This document shows positions 21,134 through 30,312 of a stretch of 64,000 nucleotides of DNA, piece after piece. Source of the DNA: Nitrosopumilus sp. Lineage in GTDB: Archaea; Thermoproteota; Nitrososphaeria; Nitrososphaerales; Nitrosopumilaceae. Numbering within the stretch: position 1 is the first letter of the stretch; each line of letters opens with the position of its first letter. Location: contig OZ240211.1 in NCBI GenBank assembly GCA_965197525.1, positions 1,472,001-1,536,000 of the forward strand. Reading direction: 5' to 3'. The notes below the pieces were generated by a model. It did not search any database and had not been told where the DNA came from. It saw only the letters and a program-made list of their open reading frames with translations. Made by a program: the position numbers and the translations under genes.

Positions 21134-21535
21134 GTGATATTTTTATCTTTGAATCGTATATTACGGATATGGTCTCGTTCTTGACGGTTTTTACTTGATG
21201 CGGGAAAGATATGCACATGACATAATCTAATTTGAGGACAGGAGGTTGAGAGTATGCACGGTATAGATTTTTCAGACAACAAGAGCTGTCATCTAGGGCG
21301 TTGCAGGTGTTTTTGATCAGATGAAAAATGGTACGCGTTCAGGTTGTCTGAGAAAACTTTGCAGTTTAGGCGGTGTGGCATGCTTTGAGAACATTTCTAG
21401 TCTTCCCAGGCACAGTGCAAACACGTGCAAAAAACGCAATATAGGAAGTATTTTGAAAATTTTGCAGTTTAAATGCAAAACCAAAGCCTACTTGGAAGAA
21501 CGGTCTGTTTTCCAGGCAAAGGTAAAGATACAGCC

Positions 21536-22294
21536 CTAGTTCAATAAAAACAGGTCGGATTTCAGCCCAACTGTAAATATGATGTTTATTCCGACAACCA
21601 GCGTTACACCAGCTATGGCGTATCTGACATACTTGGCGGCAAGATGAATTTTTGGCAGCAATAACATAAATGAGATTCCCAAAACACCACTGGCAAGGGA
21701 CATGCCAACTATGCTGCCAATACCAAACAGGACTAGGAAGTAAACCACAATGTCAAAACTACCCATTGTGGATGCAGCAAGCGCTACAATACTGCCGCTT
21801 CCTGCAAGGCCGTGAATGCAACCTATTATGTATGACTTGTGGCCGTGCTTGTGATCCGTATTGTGCGTGTGGGGATGGGTGTGAGAGATTCCGTTTGGAT
21901 GCTTGTGTGAATGTGTATGTTTTTGCCTTAGAATGCTTTTGTTAGCGGCTGTCATAACCCCCAAAAATATCAGCATAGAACCCACTATAACTTCCGCACT
22001 CAAAAAGAAAGTGTCAGATATACTCAATGAGAGACCTGCAATCAGCAGGCCGATCAATACGATGCTGGATGTATGCCCCATTCCCCACAGCATGCCTTTG
22101 AAGGAAGAGAAGACTGTCAGGATTTTTAGATTCGTTTTTTTCGAGGTACGGTTGTTGTTATCGTTTAGAACCTGTGTAGAGACCGCACTGATATGATCAG
22201 GCTCAAAAGCATGTACCAGTCCGATCACAAGACCTGCAACGAGTATCAAGAAAGGATTGTTTGCTTGTAATATTTCAATCAACACATCAATCAT
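21536..22294 (-). CDS. NiCoT/UreH-like nickel-cobalt transport or urease-accessory membrane protein
   Basis: HAFEPDH (H-x4-DH) signature, WGMGHT, loop with 11 His, HGLAGS. Confidence 0.85.
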   Translation of the reverse strand: MIDVLIEILQANNPFLILVAGLVIGLVHAFEPDHISAVSTQVLNDNNNRTSKKTNLKILTVFSSFKGMLWGMGHTSSIVLIGLLIAGLSLSISDTFFLSAEVIVGSMLIFLGVMTAANKSILRQKHTHSHKHPNGISHTHPHTHNTDHKHGHKSYIIGCIHGLAGSGSIVALAASTMGSFDIVVYFLVLFGIGSIVGMSLASGVLGISFMLLLPKIHLAAKYVRYAIAGVTLVVGINIIFTVGLKSDLFLLN

Positions 22295-22767
22295 TACAAG
22301 GTACCCCCGGACGGCGGTTCTGATTGAATGAAGGGATATTCGTTGATATGGATGGGTGCTGTGACCAAAATTGTCTTGACATGATCGTTGTAATGAGCAT
22401 CAATATTGTTGCCATCACCATCACCATCACCATCATCAGATACAGCACCTGCATCATTTGCAATAATCGTAAAGGTCAGCTCCCTTAGGCTCTCAGGAAC
22501 GCCAATCATGACTTGATGCGGCAACAGAATCTTTGGAATATGGTTTTGGATTTCATCGACTGCCTTGCCTTCATTCAGTGAGAGTATAACATATGCAACA
22601 AACAGTTCCAAGACTTGGTCTACGTTTAGCCTCATATTATTTAGAAGACTGTCTTTGATCTGCTGAACAGATGCTAGAAATATCGATTCATCAGACGCGT
22701 CATAATGAAATACCCTGATAAACGACTCGGTGTCCGGATCTCCTTGTACGGAGACTTTGATCTCCAT
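22294..22767 (-). CDS. Urease gamma-subunit-like protein
   Basis: RLNVDQ..NEGKAVDEI..ILLPHQVMIGVPESL..ILVTAPI follows the UreA pattern; 1-nt stop/start overlaps on both sides. Confidence 0.7.
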   Translation of the reverse strand: MEIKVSVQGDPDTESFIRVFHYDASDESIFLASVQQIKDSLLNNMRLNVDQVLELFVAYVILSLNEGKAVDEIQNHIPKILLPHQVMIGVPESLRELTFTIIANDAGAVSDDGDGDGDGNNIDAHYNDHVKTILVTAPIHINEYPFIQSEPPSGGTL

Positions 22768-23882
22768 TAACTTCTCTCAGGTATTTTAGAGGTCGAATTA
22801 CCAAAACTGTATGTGTTTCCAGTTCCCCGATAATCGTTAGGCCTTACCGGATCTCCTCCATCAAGCCCTCGCTTTGTTAGTGATAATCCAGCTAAAAGCT
22901 CTATAACCAGTCTTTGTCCCAGTCCAGATGTAATGCCTCCATTGTAAGAACTGTTATCGCTTACGTCGTATGCAGGTGAGATCTCTACTAGATCCATTGC
23001 AAATCTGTCAGGATCAAATGACTTTGATAGCAGTCGTATCATTCTAATCCCTTCCCTTGATGTAAGGCCGTTTGGCTCAGGCTCGCCGGTACCTGGTGCA
23101 TAAGCAGGATCAAAAGAGTCGATATCCCAACTAAGGTACACTGCATCAGTCCCGTCATTTGCCCTGTCTGCTATCTCTTTGGCAATGTAATCAATTCCCA
23201 GTTCTTCAACATCAAGCATTGTAAACCATTGAAAGTCTTGATCCGCCATCCATTTGTACAGATCACGGCCAGGCCAGTATCCTCTTGGACCCACTAGAGA
23301 GTAGTTTCTTCCCTTCAGACAGCCCATTTCCATTATTCTTCTGATATGTGCACCATGGTCGTATTTGAAACCTGTCAGGCCTTGGGGGGCACAATCTGCG
23401 TGGGTATCAAAGTGAATCATACCAATGTTCTTGTATTTTTTTGCAAAAGCCCGAACATTTGCATAAGTAATAGAATGATCCCCTCCAAGCATTACAGGAA
23501 TGCCATCTGCCTCTAACACCTCTTTGACCTTCAGGGTCATTCTTTTGTGCGACTCTATAACATCGCCTGGCGAGACTATGACATCACCATAGTCAACTGT
23601 TCTGAAAGTGCCAAACGGATCTGCACCCGTCTCGATATTGAACCTCTCAAATGGTGGGGAGGGCACAGTTGATGCCGCCCTTATTGCCCTTGGACCGTAT
23701 CGCGCACCAGGACGAATGGTTGTGCCAAAATCAAATGGTTCTCCGATAATTGCAACATCAGGTTTTGCCTGTAGTAACTCTTTGTGGTTTTTTATCAATG
23801 GAAGATGCAAAAATGTATTAATTCCTACAAATGGTGCAACATCTGCACCCTGAAAATCCTCACCGTAAAATTCTGCACCCAT
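22767..23882 (-). CDS. Ureohydrolase (agmatinase/guanidino-hydrolase family), substrate unknown
   Basis: RPGARYGP, GGDHS, DTHAD, HG, DIDSFDP, PGTG; all binuclear metal ligands present. Confidence 0.92.
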   Translation of the reverse strand: MGAEFYGEDFQGADVAPFVGINTFLHLPLIKNHKELLQAKPDVAIIGEPFDFGTTIRPGARYGPRAIRAASTVPSPPFERFNIETGADPFGTFRTVDYGDVIVSPGDVIESHKRMTLKVKEVLEADGIPVMLGGDHSITYANVRAFAKKYKNIGMIHFDTHADCAPQGLTGFKYDHGAHIRRIMEMGCLKGRNYSLVGPRGYWPGRDLYKWMADQDFQWFTMLDVEELGIDYIAKEIADRANDGTDAVYLSWDIDSFDPAYAPGTGEPEPNGLTSREGIRMIRLLSKSFDPDRFAMDLVEISPAYDVSDNSSYNGGITSGLGQRLVIELLAGLSLTKRGLDGGDPVRPNDYRGTGNTYSFGNSTSKIPERS

Positions 23883-23942
23883 TTTAACAGAGATTGTAAG
23901 CTCTTTTGATTATTAAGTATTGCATGTAAAATACGCATTTTT

Positions 23943-24560
23943 GTAATTGCATAGTTTTTTGAAGTGATTTTTAACCTTAAATAATATTTTGATCTTAGGT
24001 TATCTGAAACCACGATTACAGTGTTTAATTATGTCCAACGACTCAACCGAAGATCATTGGAAGCATAGATATGAAAAATTAGAGCGTCAGATAAAGGAAG
24101 AGATGGCCAAGAAGACAAAAAGATAGATAAATTGTAGGAAATGGTAAACAAGTTGGAAGGACTGCTTACCAATGCAGTTAACCAGATAAAGACAATTACA
24201 CTTTAGATGAATAGTGCAAAAGAGGCTTCATTCTTGCCCTCATCAACAGGCTCAAAGGAGAGAAATACAAGCATTGCAACAGGATGCTCAAGAGGATCAG
24301 AAGAGAGAAAGGCCACCTGTTTACGTTACTTGAGGTTGAAAGAATGAGTGACATGACAACTCTGTAGAGAGGGAGAGGGGGCATCAGACAGTGCGTCATA
24401 CTGCGCAATAACAGCTATGGGAGCAGGTCCGAAGAATGGGCATCGGCCATAGTAGTGTTGATGAGTGTAAAACAAACCTGCAAGGCAAAGAACAATAATT
24501 TGTTCGATGATGTAATGCGCATGAATTTGTTCAAAACGTGTCAAAAAACTACCTAGTTGC
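23943..24560 (+). mobile_element. Internally deleted IS66 (618 bp) retaining both ends
   Basis: 5' part as the left copy; then frameshifted transposase C-terminus RMLKRIRREKGHLFT..DNSVER..IRQCVILRNNSYGSRSEE..LMSVKQTCK (NNxAERxLR..GxRS..SxxxTC pattern). Confidence 0.88.
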
Positions 24561-24628
24561 CTATCTAGTTATTTCCCTACACTAATATCACTTTCCTGAA
24601 AGCTTAACTATTCTGATCTCATAATTTA

Positions 24629-25516
24629 TTGTTGTTGCACAAAATTGGCATCGATTTAGGTGGTACAAAGACTGAGGCAATCTTGCTTGATGAAGATTTC
24701 CGCGTCATAAAGAGAAAACGCGTTCCCACACCTCAAAACGACTATCAAAAGATTCTTGACTCTATCTCATCGTTAATCTCTGATGTATCAAATGACATTG
24801 ATGAATTCTCATTAGGCATCTGCACCCCTGGTGCAATATCTAAACGCACTGGACTAGTTAAAAATAGTAACACAAGATGTCTTATTGGTAGACCGCTCAA
24901 AGAGGATCTAGAAGAAACACTTGAACGCAAAATATCCATGGAGAATGATGCTAATTGCTTTACGATGGCAGAATCTATACTAGGTGCAGGAACCGGCTTT
25001 GATCTCGTCTTTGGAATCATTCTTGGAACCGGTGTCGGGGGCGGTATCGTAATTGACAAAAAACTTTATTCTGGCAGAACTAACATTGCAGGTGAATGGG
25101 GTCATCATACATTGCACCGTAACGGTAATCCTTGCTACTGTGGAAATACCGGATGTGTGGAAACATATCTTAGTGGTCCCTCTCTTGCACGCAGGTGGAC
25201 TGAATTAACTGGAAGGACTCAAACCATGCCTGAAATCATCTCTTACGTCAATAATAACACTGATAATGCGATTAACAAACAATGGAGAGATGAATTTCTT
25301 ACAAACTTTGGGTATGGTGTTGCAAACGTAATTGATATACTAGATCCTGACATAGTTATTCTGGGTGGCGGTCTCTCAAACATTGATTTTTTATACACAG
25401 ACGGTGTGAAATCAGTTTACAACAAGGTATTCTCAGATTCAATTAATACACCTATACTTCCAAATAAACTAGGTGATTCTGCAGGAGTTTTTGGTGCTTG
25501 CATGCTTGAAGGTTGA
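24629..25516 (+). CDS. ROK-family sugar kinase
   Basis: GIDLGGTK, ENDANC, GTGVGGG, GEWGH, CYCGNTGCVE, GDSAGVFGA. Confidence 0.93.
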   Translation: MLLHKIGIDLGGTKTEAILLDEDFRVIKRKRVPTPQNDYQKILDSISSLISDVSNDIDEFSLGICTPGAISKRTGLVKNSNTRCLIGRPLKEDLEETLERKISMENDANCFTMAESILGAGTGFDLVFGIILGTGVGGGIVIDKKLYSGRTNIAGEWGHHTLHRNGNPCYCGNTGCVETYLSGPSLARRWTELTGRTQTMPEIISYVNNNTDNAINKQWRDEFLTNFGYGVANVIDILDPDIVILGGGLSNIDFLYTDGVKSVYNKVFSDSINTPILPNKLGDSAGVFGACMLEG

Positions 25517-25560
25517 AGAAGATAACTATTGATAATCCTACAATTATGCATAGTCGTTAG

Positions 25561-26016
25561 ATGGATTCAGTTTTTTCTTATGTTCTTTGCAACCTGCCGC
25601 CCAAGTCTTTATTAATACCTAAACTTTTGTCTAGTCAAACATTGAAATACTCTGTAACCGTTCTAATCTTTCTTGGATTTTTCGGCTTTGTTCTCATGAT
25701 TCCACAAGCTGTTGCATCTGAACCCTCACTAACTCTCGAGAACTCAGGTGACGCTTCTCCTGATTCTTGCACGCGTTGGCAGCAGTGGGATTATGGTTAC
25801 TGTGTTGATAAGACAGGTTATTCTTCACATCTTGGTGCTGCACACTTTTTACAAATTATCACAGTTCCATTCATTGGATTTGCTGCAATCTTTGTTGTAT
25901 CTGCCACAACTCCTAGAATGTCAAAAAAGAAGAGAGTTGCAGTCATTGTTCCATGCGTGATTTTTATTCTGTTTAGTCTGTTTGTGATCTTCATTGGAGG
26001 TTTCTGGTTTTTCTAG
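25561..26016 (+). CDS. Hypothetical membrane protein
   Basis: N-terminal hydrophobic segment, Cys pair, two C-terminal TM segments; start uncertain. Confidence 0.65.
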   Translation: MDSVFSYVLCNLPPKSLLIPKLLSSQTLKYSVTVLIFLGFFGFVLMIPQAVASEPSLTLENSGDASPDSCTRWQQWDYGYCVDKTGYSSHLGAAHFLQIITVPFIGFAAIFVVSATTPRMSKKKRVAVIVPCVIFILFSLFVIFIGGFWFF

Positions 26017-26023
26017 GTGGTAA

Positions 26024-26809
26024 ATGGTGAAGTTTACTAAATCTATTGCAATTGTTGCAATACTATATGTTGGAATATATGTTGGCGTGTGGGGGTTTTT
26101 AGAGTTTGATAATGTCAATAATTCTATTGTATCGCTGACCATGTATTCAAACTATGAATTCAATCAGATCATAAATGAAATAGGATCTGAGGAGAATTTG
26201 CATATAATCGAGCTAGACGAGGATATAATTCATGAATATCCGGTTTTACTTGAACTGATAGAACGAAACCTATCTCGGGAAATCCCTGTCAATTCAGATG
26301 GAATGGTAACAGCTACGTATGAGCAGGCAAAACATGAGGTAAAATACATCGTCTCAAAGTTCGTTGATCAGTATGACGGTTCGCTCCCAAGTGATTTCTA
26401 TAGGGAACTAAAAAAAGATAACGGATGGCATTCTATCAAATTAAAGGAACCGTTCTTTTATCATGATGATATTCTATACATGTTTGAGCCTGATATTCTT
26501 GATATCGATAGAGGAGAATCTCAAATAGGTATTCAAAAGATGGGAGACGGTTATGACAATCTTCAAGACAGCCTTGCTGTAGATTTGACTGATAGAGATT
26601 TTGATAATATGCCTCGATTCAAAGAAGCATTTGAGCAAATAGGCCAACATGAGCGAAATGTCCAATCGCAAAAGAAAATGAATGAATCAGAGTTTATAGG
26701 GTACGAACGATGGGCAATTGACGTAGGTCTTGCTGATGAAAGGATTGTTTTTGACTATGGCTTTATTAAATATCAGGACAGGTACTATCACTTGTATTTG
26801 AGGGTATAA
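26024..26809 (+). CDS. Hypothetical membrane-anchored protein with two similar domains
   Basis: Signal anchor; IELDEDIIHEYPVLLELIE and VDLTDRDFDNMPRFKEAFE units, each domain ending in an aromatic FxYxDxxY strand. Confidence 0.75.
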   Translation: MVKFTKSIAIVAILYVGIYVGVWGFLEFDNVNNSIVSLTMYSNYEFNQIINEIGSEENLHIIELDEDIIHEYPVLLELIERNLSREIPVNSDGMVTATYEQAKHEVKYIVSKFVDQYDGSLPSDFYRELKKDNGWHSIKLKEPFFYHDDILYMFEPDILDIDRGESQIGIQKMGDGYDNLQDSLAVDLTDRDFDNMPRFKEAFEQIGQHERNVQSQKKMNESEFIGYERWAIDVGLADERIVFDYGFIKYQDRYYHLYLRV

Positions 26810-27531
26810 TGGAACGCACTCTGGTTTTTATCTTGATTGTCTTGAGCATTACAGCAGCATCATCATCATCTTTTGTTCCAAACGAAGCGTTTGGTTGCTC
26901 TTTGGCCTTTGACGCATCTCCGTTTCTTCCATATACCACATATCTACATGGTGATTGTACTGAAGATATTGGGCATTTGAACTGGACAGGATTAATTATG
27001 ATAATGCTTGCAGTCTCCGCTACAGTCATTGTAATTAAAAAACTGCTAAATCTTTCAAAGAGATTCTATCTGATGATTATTCCTGCGGTGTTTATCTGCA
27101 TATTGTTATATTCTGTTATGATCTATGGAACTGCAGATCTAACAGAGTTCTTTTTGCCACGCGATTATCTTGGAAATTTGAATCACGATTACATCGCACG
27201 TCAGTTAGCACAAAATGATTTCAAAGAGATGTTGACACAACGCAATGTACAGTATCATCCTGATAACATGTTTGTGACGTTTAACCATGACAAATATTCA
27301 AGAGAACAATACCTTAATGGCGAGTTTGAATTCCCATATGACTATTGTGGTATTGTGATACCAAACGATCGCAACGAATACTGGTACTCGGCAGTATACG
27401 ATAACAAGAAAATATTAGAATCTCAAATTTATGAGGAAAATCCCAAGACATGTGACGAACACGATGAGACGTGTTTTTGTCAAGTAACTAATATCGTACA
27501 AGATCGTTTCAAGTTCAGGCCATTAGAATGA
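26809..27531 (+). CDS. Hypothetical exported/membrane protein
   Basis: Signal peptide, AFGCSL..C, two TM segments, Cys-containing C-terminal domain; overlaps neighbours. Confidence 0.75.
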   Translation: MERTLVFILIVLSITAASSSSFVPNEAFGCSLAFDASPFLPYTTYLHGDCTEDIGHLNWTGLIMIMLAVSATVIVIKKLLNLSKRFYLMIIPAVFICILLYSVMIYGTADLTEFFLPRDYLGNLNHDYIARQLAQNDFKEMLTQRNVQYHPDNMFVTFNHDKYSREQYLNGEFEFPYDYCGIVIPNDRNEYWYSAVYDNKKILESQIYEENPKTCDEHDETCFCQVTNIVQDRFKFRPLE

Positions 27532-27992
27532 AGAATAGATCAAAAATAATCATAATTGTACTTTCTTTTATTGGTACAATAGTCCTGTTTGGGATTTCAA
27601 ATAGTTTTACTAGCAGTATGATTCATGATGTTGATAGGTCCAATTCTATCCAAAATTATGATGCGATAGAAGCCACCTGTAATTATTATGCTGATGATGC
27701 TGACCAACAACCAGACGGAGAATGCTTCATTAATGCATTTGATGAATGTAAATCCGCAAGTATCAAACAAATGAGTTTTACTTTTGAAGGTGATCCGATA
27801 TTTTACCATGCTCAAGTCGTAATGTCTGAACCTTGTACCATTAGTTTTACTGTTGATACTTCACAAGACCAATGGGGTGGGTCAAACAAAGGGATTGATC
27901 AAAAAATATGCACTGACATCATCCTCACTAATCATGACATCATTTTGTTGTGTAATGATGATGGTATGGAAAATATCTTTCCACTAGGTTAG
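27528..27992 (+). CDS. Hypothetical exported protein with 6 Cys
   Basis: Signal anchor then CF..AF..C..TxEGDPI..C..DTSQDQWG..C pattern. Confidence 0.75.
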   Translation: MKNRSKIIIIVLSFIGTIVLFGISNSFTSSMIHDVDRSNSIQNYDAIEATCNYYADDADQQPDGECFINAFDECKSASIKQMSFTFEGDPIFYHAQVVMSEPCTISFTVDTSQDQWGGSNKGIDQKICTDIILTNHDIILLCNDDGMENIFPLG

Positions 27993-28154
27993 AAATTTCC
28001 TAAACCTGCTATCAGTAGCTATTGGCAGTGTATGATATCATGTGTGTGAACACACACAAAAAAAAACATACATCAACACCGTCTTCTCACACGCCATCAA
28101 TCTAATTCCTCAGATCTTCTCTCACATCAGTCTCATTAGATGCAAAAACTTTCT

Positions 28155-29678
28155 CTACTGCGGTTCAATTGTAGCAGGCGGCTTACTTGAGATGGCGTAT
28201 GTAACCCATGTAACATCCTCAATCTCGTTTGTTATCCTATTGCTAATTTTTTCTAATAAATCGTGTGGCAGCCTAGTCCAGTCTGCCGTCATTGCATCAA
28301 TAGAGTCAACGACTCTTACCATTACTATATTTCCATATCTGCGCTCATCGCCTACTACTCCCACTGCTCTATCATCACCCACTGCAGCATACGCCTGCCA
28401 TACTCTTTTGTATAATCCTGCTTGCATCAGCTCATCTTCGACAATCCTGCTTGCCACCTTTGAGATCTCTAACTTTTTTGGAGTGATGTCTCCTATCACT
28501 CTTACAGCTAGACCGGGACCCGGAAACGGATGCCTCATAACAAGTTTATCTGGAACCTTGAGAATTTTTGCGATCTCTCTTACCTCATCTTTGTATAGCT
28601 CCTTTAGAGGTTCCAAAACCTTCAAGTCAAGCCAGTCAGGCAGCCCTCCAACATTATGATGCGACTTTATCACAGCAGCAGGTCCCTTCGATACACCGCT
28701 TTCGATAATATCAGGATATAACGTACCTTGAGCCAACCATTTGAAAGAACCGTTATCCTTGGCAAATTTAGTAAACACGTGAACAAACTCCTCCCCCACT
28801 ATTCTTCTCTTCTCTTCAGGATCTGCCACTCCTTTGAGTTTTTCAAGAAACACGTCTGCTGCATCAATTGCTGAGAAATTCATCTTAAAGTTGTCTTTGA
28901 ACATCTCTTGAATTTCTACTTCTTCATTTAATCGTAATAGACCGTTATTTACAAACACACACTTTAACCTATTCCCAATTGCTTTGTGAACAAGCAATGC
29001 AGCTACAGTCGAATCAATTCCTCCGCTCACTCCGCATAAGACGTCTCCTTTTATCTCTGAGATCTTTGCCACGGCGGCATCTATAAAACTCTCCATTGTC
29101 CAATCTTGTTTTGCTTTACACACTTTTAAAACGAAATTCTTGAGAATCTCTGTCCCATGTTCTGTGTGTACCACTTCGGGATGAAATTGAATACCGTAAA
29201 TTGATCTATCTTTTAATGTAATGGCTGCTGCTTTTGCGCTGTTTGTATGCCCTATAATCTCAAATCCTGAAGGGATCTGTTCTGCCTCATCTCCATGACT
29301 CATCCACGTTCTAGTTGATTTCCCAATTCCGTTTAACAGATCACAGTCGTCGTCAATGACTAGTACTGACGAACCGTACTCTTTATTTGCCTTTTTTATT
29401 CTGCCTCCATATCTGTCTACAATTAGTTGATGGCCATAACAAATTCCCAGTAATGGTAAACTCGTCTCAAAAATTCTGCTATCAGGCATTGGCGCATCTG
29501 AACTGTACACACTTGATGGACCGCCAGAGAAGATTATCCCTTTTGGTTTGAGTTTTTCTAATTCCTCTAAACTAATATCAAATGGCACTAGTTCTGCATA
29601 AACAGAAAATTCTCTAATCCTTCTACATATTAGGTGACTGTACTGTGATCCAAAATCTAAAACTATAATCTTATCCAT
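28155..29678 (-). CDS. guaA: GMP synthase (glutamine-hydrolysing)
   Basis: LDFGSQY, GICYG, QFHPE, SGGIDS, IKSHHNVGG, RHPFPGPGL, KPPATIE. Confidence 0.97.
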   Translation of the reverse strand: MDKIIVLDFGSQYSHLICRRIREFSVYAELVPFDISLEELEKLKPKGIIFSGGPSSVYSSDAPMPDSRIFETSLPLLGICYGHQLIVDRYGGRIKKANKEYGSSVLVIDDDCDLLNGIGKSTRTWMSHGDEAEQIPSGFEIIGHTNSAKAAAITLKDRSIYGIQFHPEVVHTEHGTEILKNFVLKVCKAKQDWTMESFIDAAVAKISEIKGDVLCGVSGGIDSTVAALLVHKAIGNRLKCVFVNNGLLRLNEEVEIQEMFKDNFKMNFSAIDAADVFLEKLKGVADPEEKRRIVGEEFVHVFTKFAKDNGSFKWLAQGTLYPDIIESGVSKGPAAVIKSHHNVGGLPDWLDLKVLEPLKELYKDEVREIAKILKVPDKLVMRHPFPGPGLAVRVIGDITPKKLEISKVASRIVEDELMQAGLYKRVWQAYAAVGDDRAVGVVGDERRYGNIVMVRVVDSIDAMTADWTRLPHDLLEKISNRITNEIEDVTWVTYAISSKPPATIEPQ

Positions 29679-29698
29679 GATATACTCTCTCTCACTTG

Positions 29699-30277
29699 CT
29701 ATCTGCTGACATTATCAAGCATCCTTGTCAGGGACCATTCTATCGTTTTTGTTATTTCAGATACCCTGTCTTTTAGTCTATAATTCTTAATTATAATCTC
29801 CTTGATATTTGCCTTGTCATCTTTTTTTATTATACAGTCAATCATCGACTCTTTTTGGATCTTTTGATTCTCTACATCTATGCTATCTTTTTTCCTCATA
29901 TCCCCAATTATTCTATCTAAAAAGAATGTTTTAAGAGGAGGCGTGTTTGCGTTAATGAGAATCTCATCGTCTAAAACTATGACTACTTGTTCTGCTGTAA
30001 CATACTCTCTGGCGATTATCTTTCCATCACTTGCTCTCTTTATTATGGTTGCATTATCTGCTGCAGGTTGTTCCCTGACGGCCTCTGGTTCTTTTGGTAT
30101 CTCTCTTCTTGTTCCTAGTTCTGACGCTTTTGTAAAACTTGAACCTTTTAAGAACAGATCCAAAACTGTGATATTCTGTTCTAACATCTTGATTCCTTCC
30201 TGATGCTTTTCTATCTGTTCAAACAAACTCTCCTTTAAAACCAAGACGTCTTTAATCTGTCCCTCTGATAATCTCAT
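29699..30277 (-). CDS. Hypothetical protein
   Basis: 192-aa ORF with N-terminal coiled coil, co-oriented in the guaA operon. Confidence 0.8.
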   Translation of the reverse strand: MRLSEGQIKDVLVLKESLFEQIEKHQEGIKMLEQNITVLDLFLKGSSFTKASELGTRREIPKEPEAVREQPAADNATIIKRASDGKIIAREYVTAEQVVIVLDDEILINANTPPLKTFFLDRIIGDMRKKDSIDVENQKIQKESMIDCIIKKDDKANIKEIIIKNYRLKDRVSEITKTIEWSLTRMLDNVSR

Positions 30278-30312
30278 GATATTATCAATCCTAGATGGGT
30301 ATTAAATGCATT

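Larger units (their letters stand above)
13999..24560 (+). mobile_element. IS66-bounded composite transposon or cointegrate (10,562 bp)
   Basis: Identical 8-mer CTATCTAG at 13991..13998 and 24561..24568; GTAA-starting left end at 13999 and inverted right end 24540..24560 (16/21); two direct IS66 remnants at the ends. Confidence 0.8.

Noticed and set aside
21536-22767. Calling this a urease cluster
   Set aside because: No ureB, ureC or ureDEFG in the window; only a gamma-like fold and a UreH-like transporter.
22767-23882. Naming the hydrolase speB or guanidine hydrolase gdmH
   Set aside because: Family motifs are clear but specificity residues are atypical and no HypA/HypB-like genes are adjacent; substrate cannot be read from sequence.
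28041-28066. TGTGTGTG-AA-CACACACA hairpin plus A-run between converging genes
   Set aside because: Low-complexity dinucleotide dyad with a 2-nt loop; the T-run on the minus strand may help terminate guaA but this is not demonstrable.
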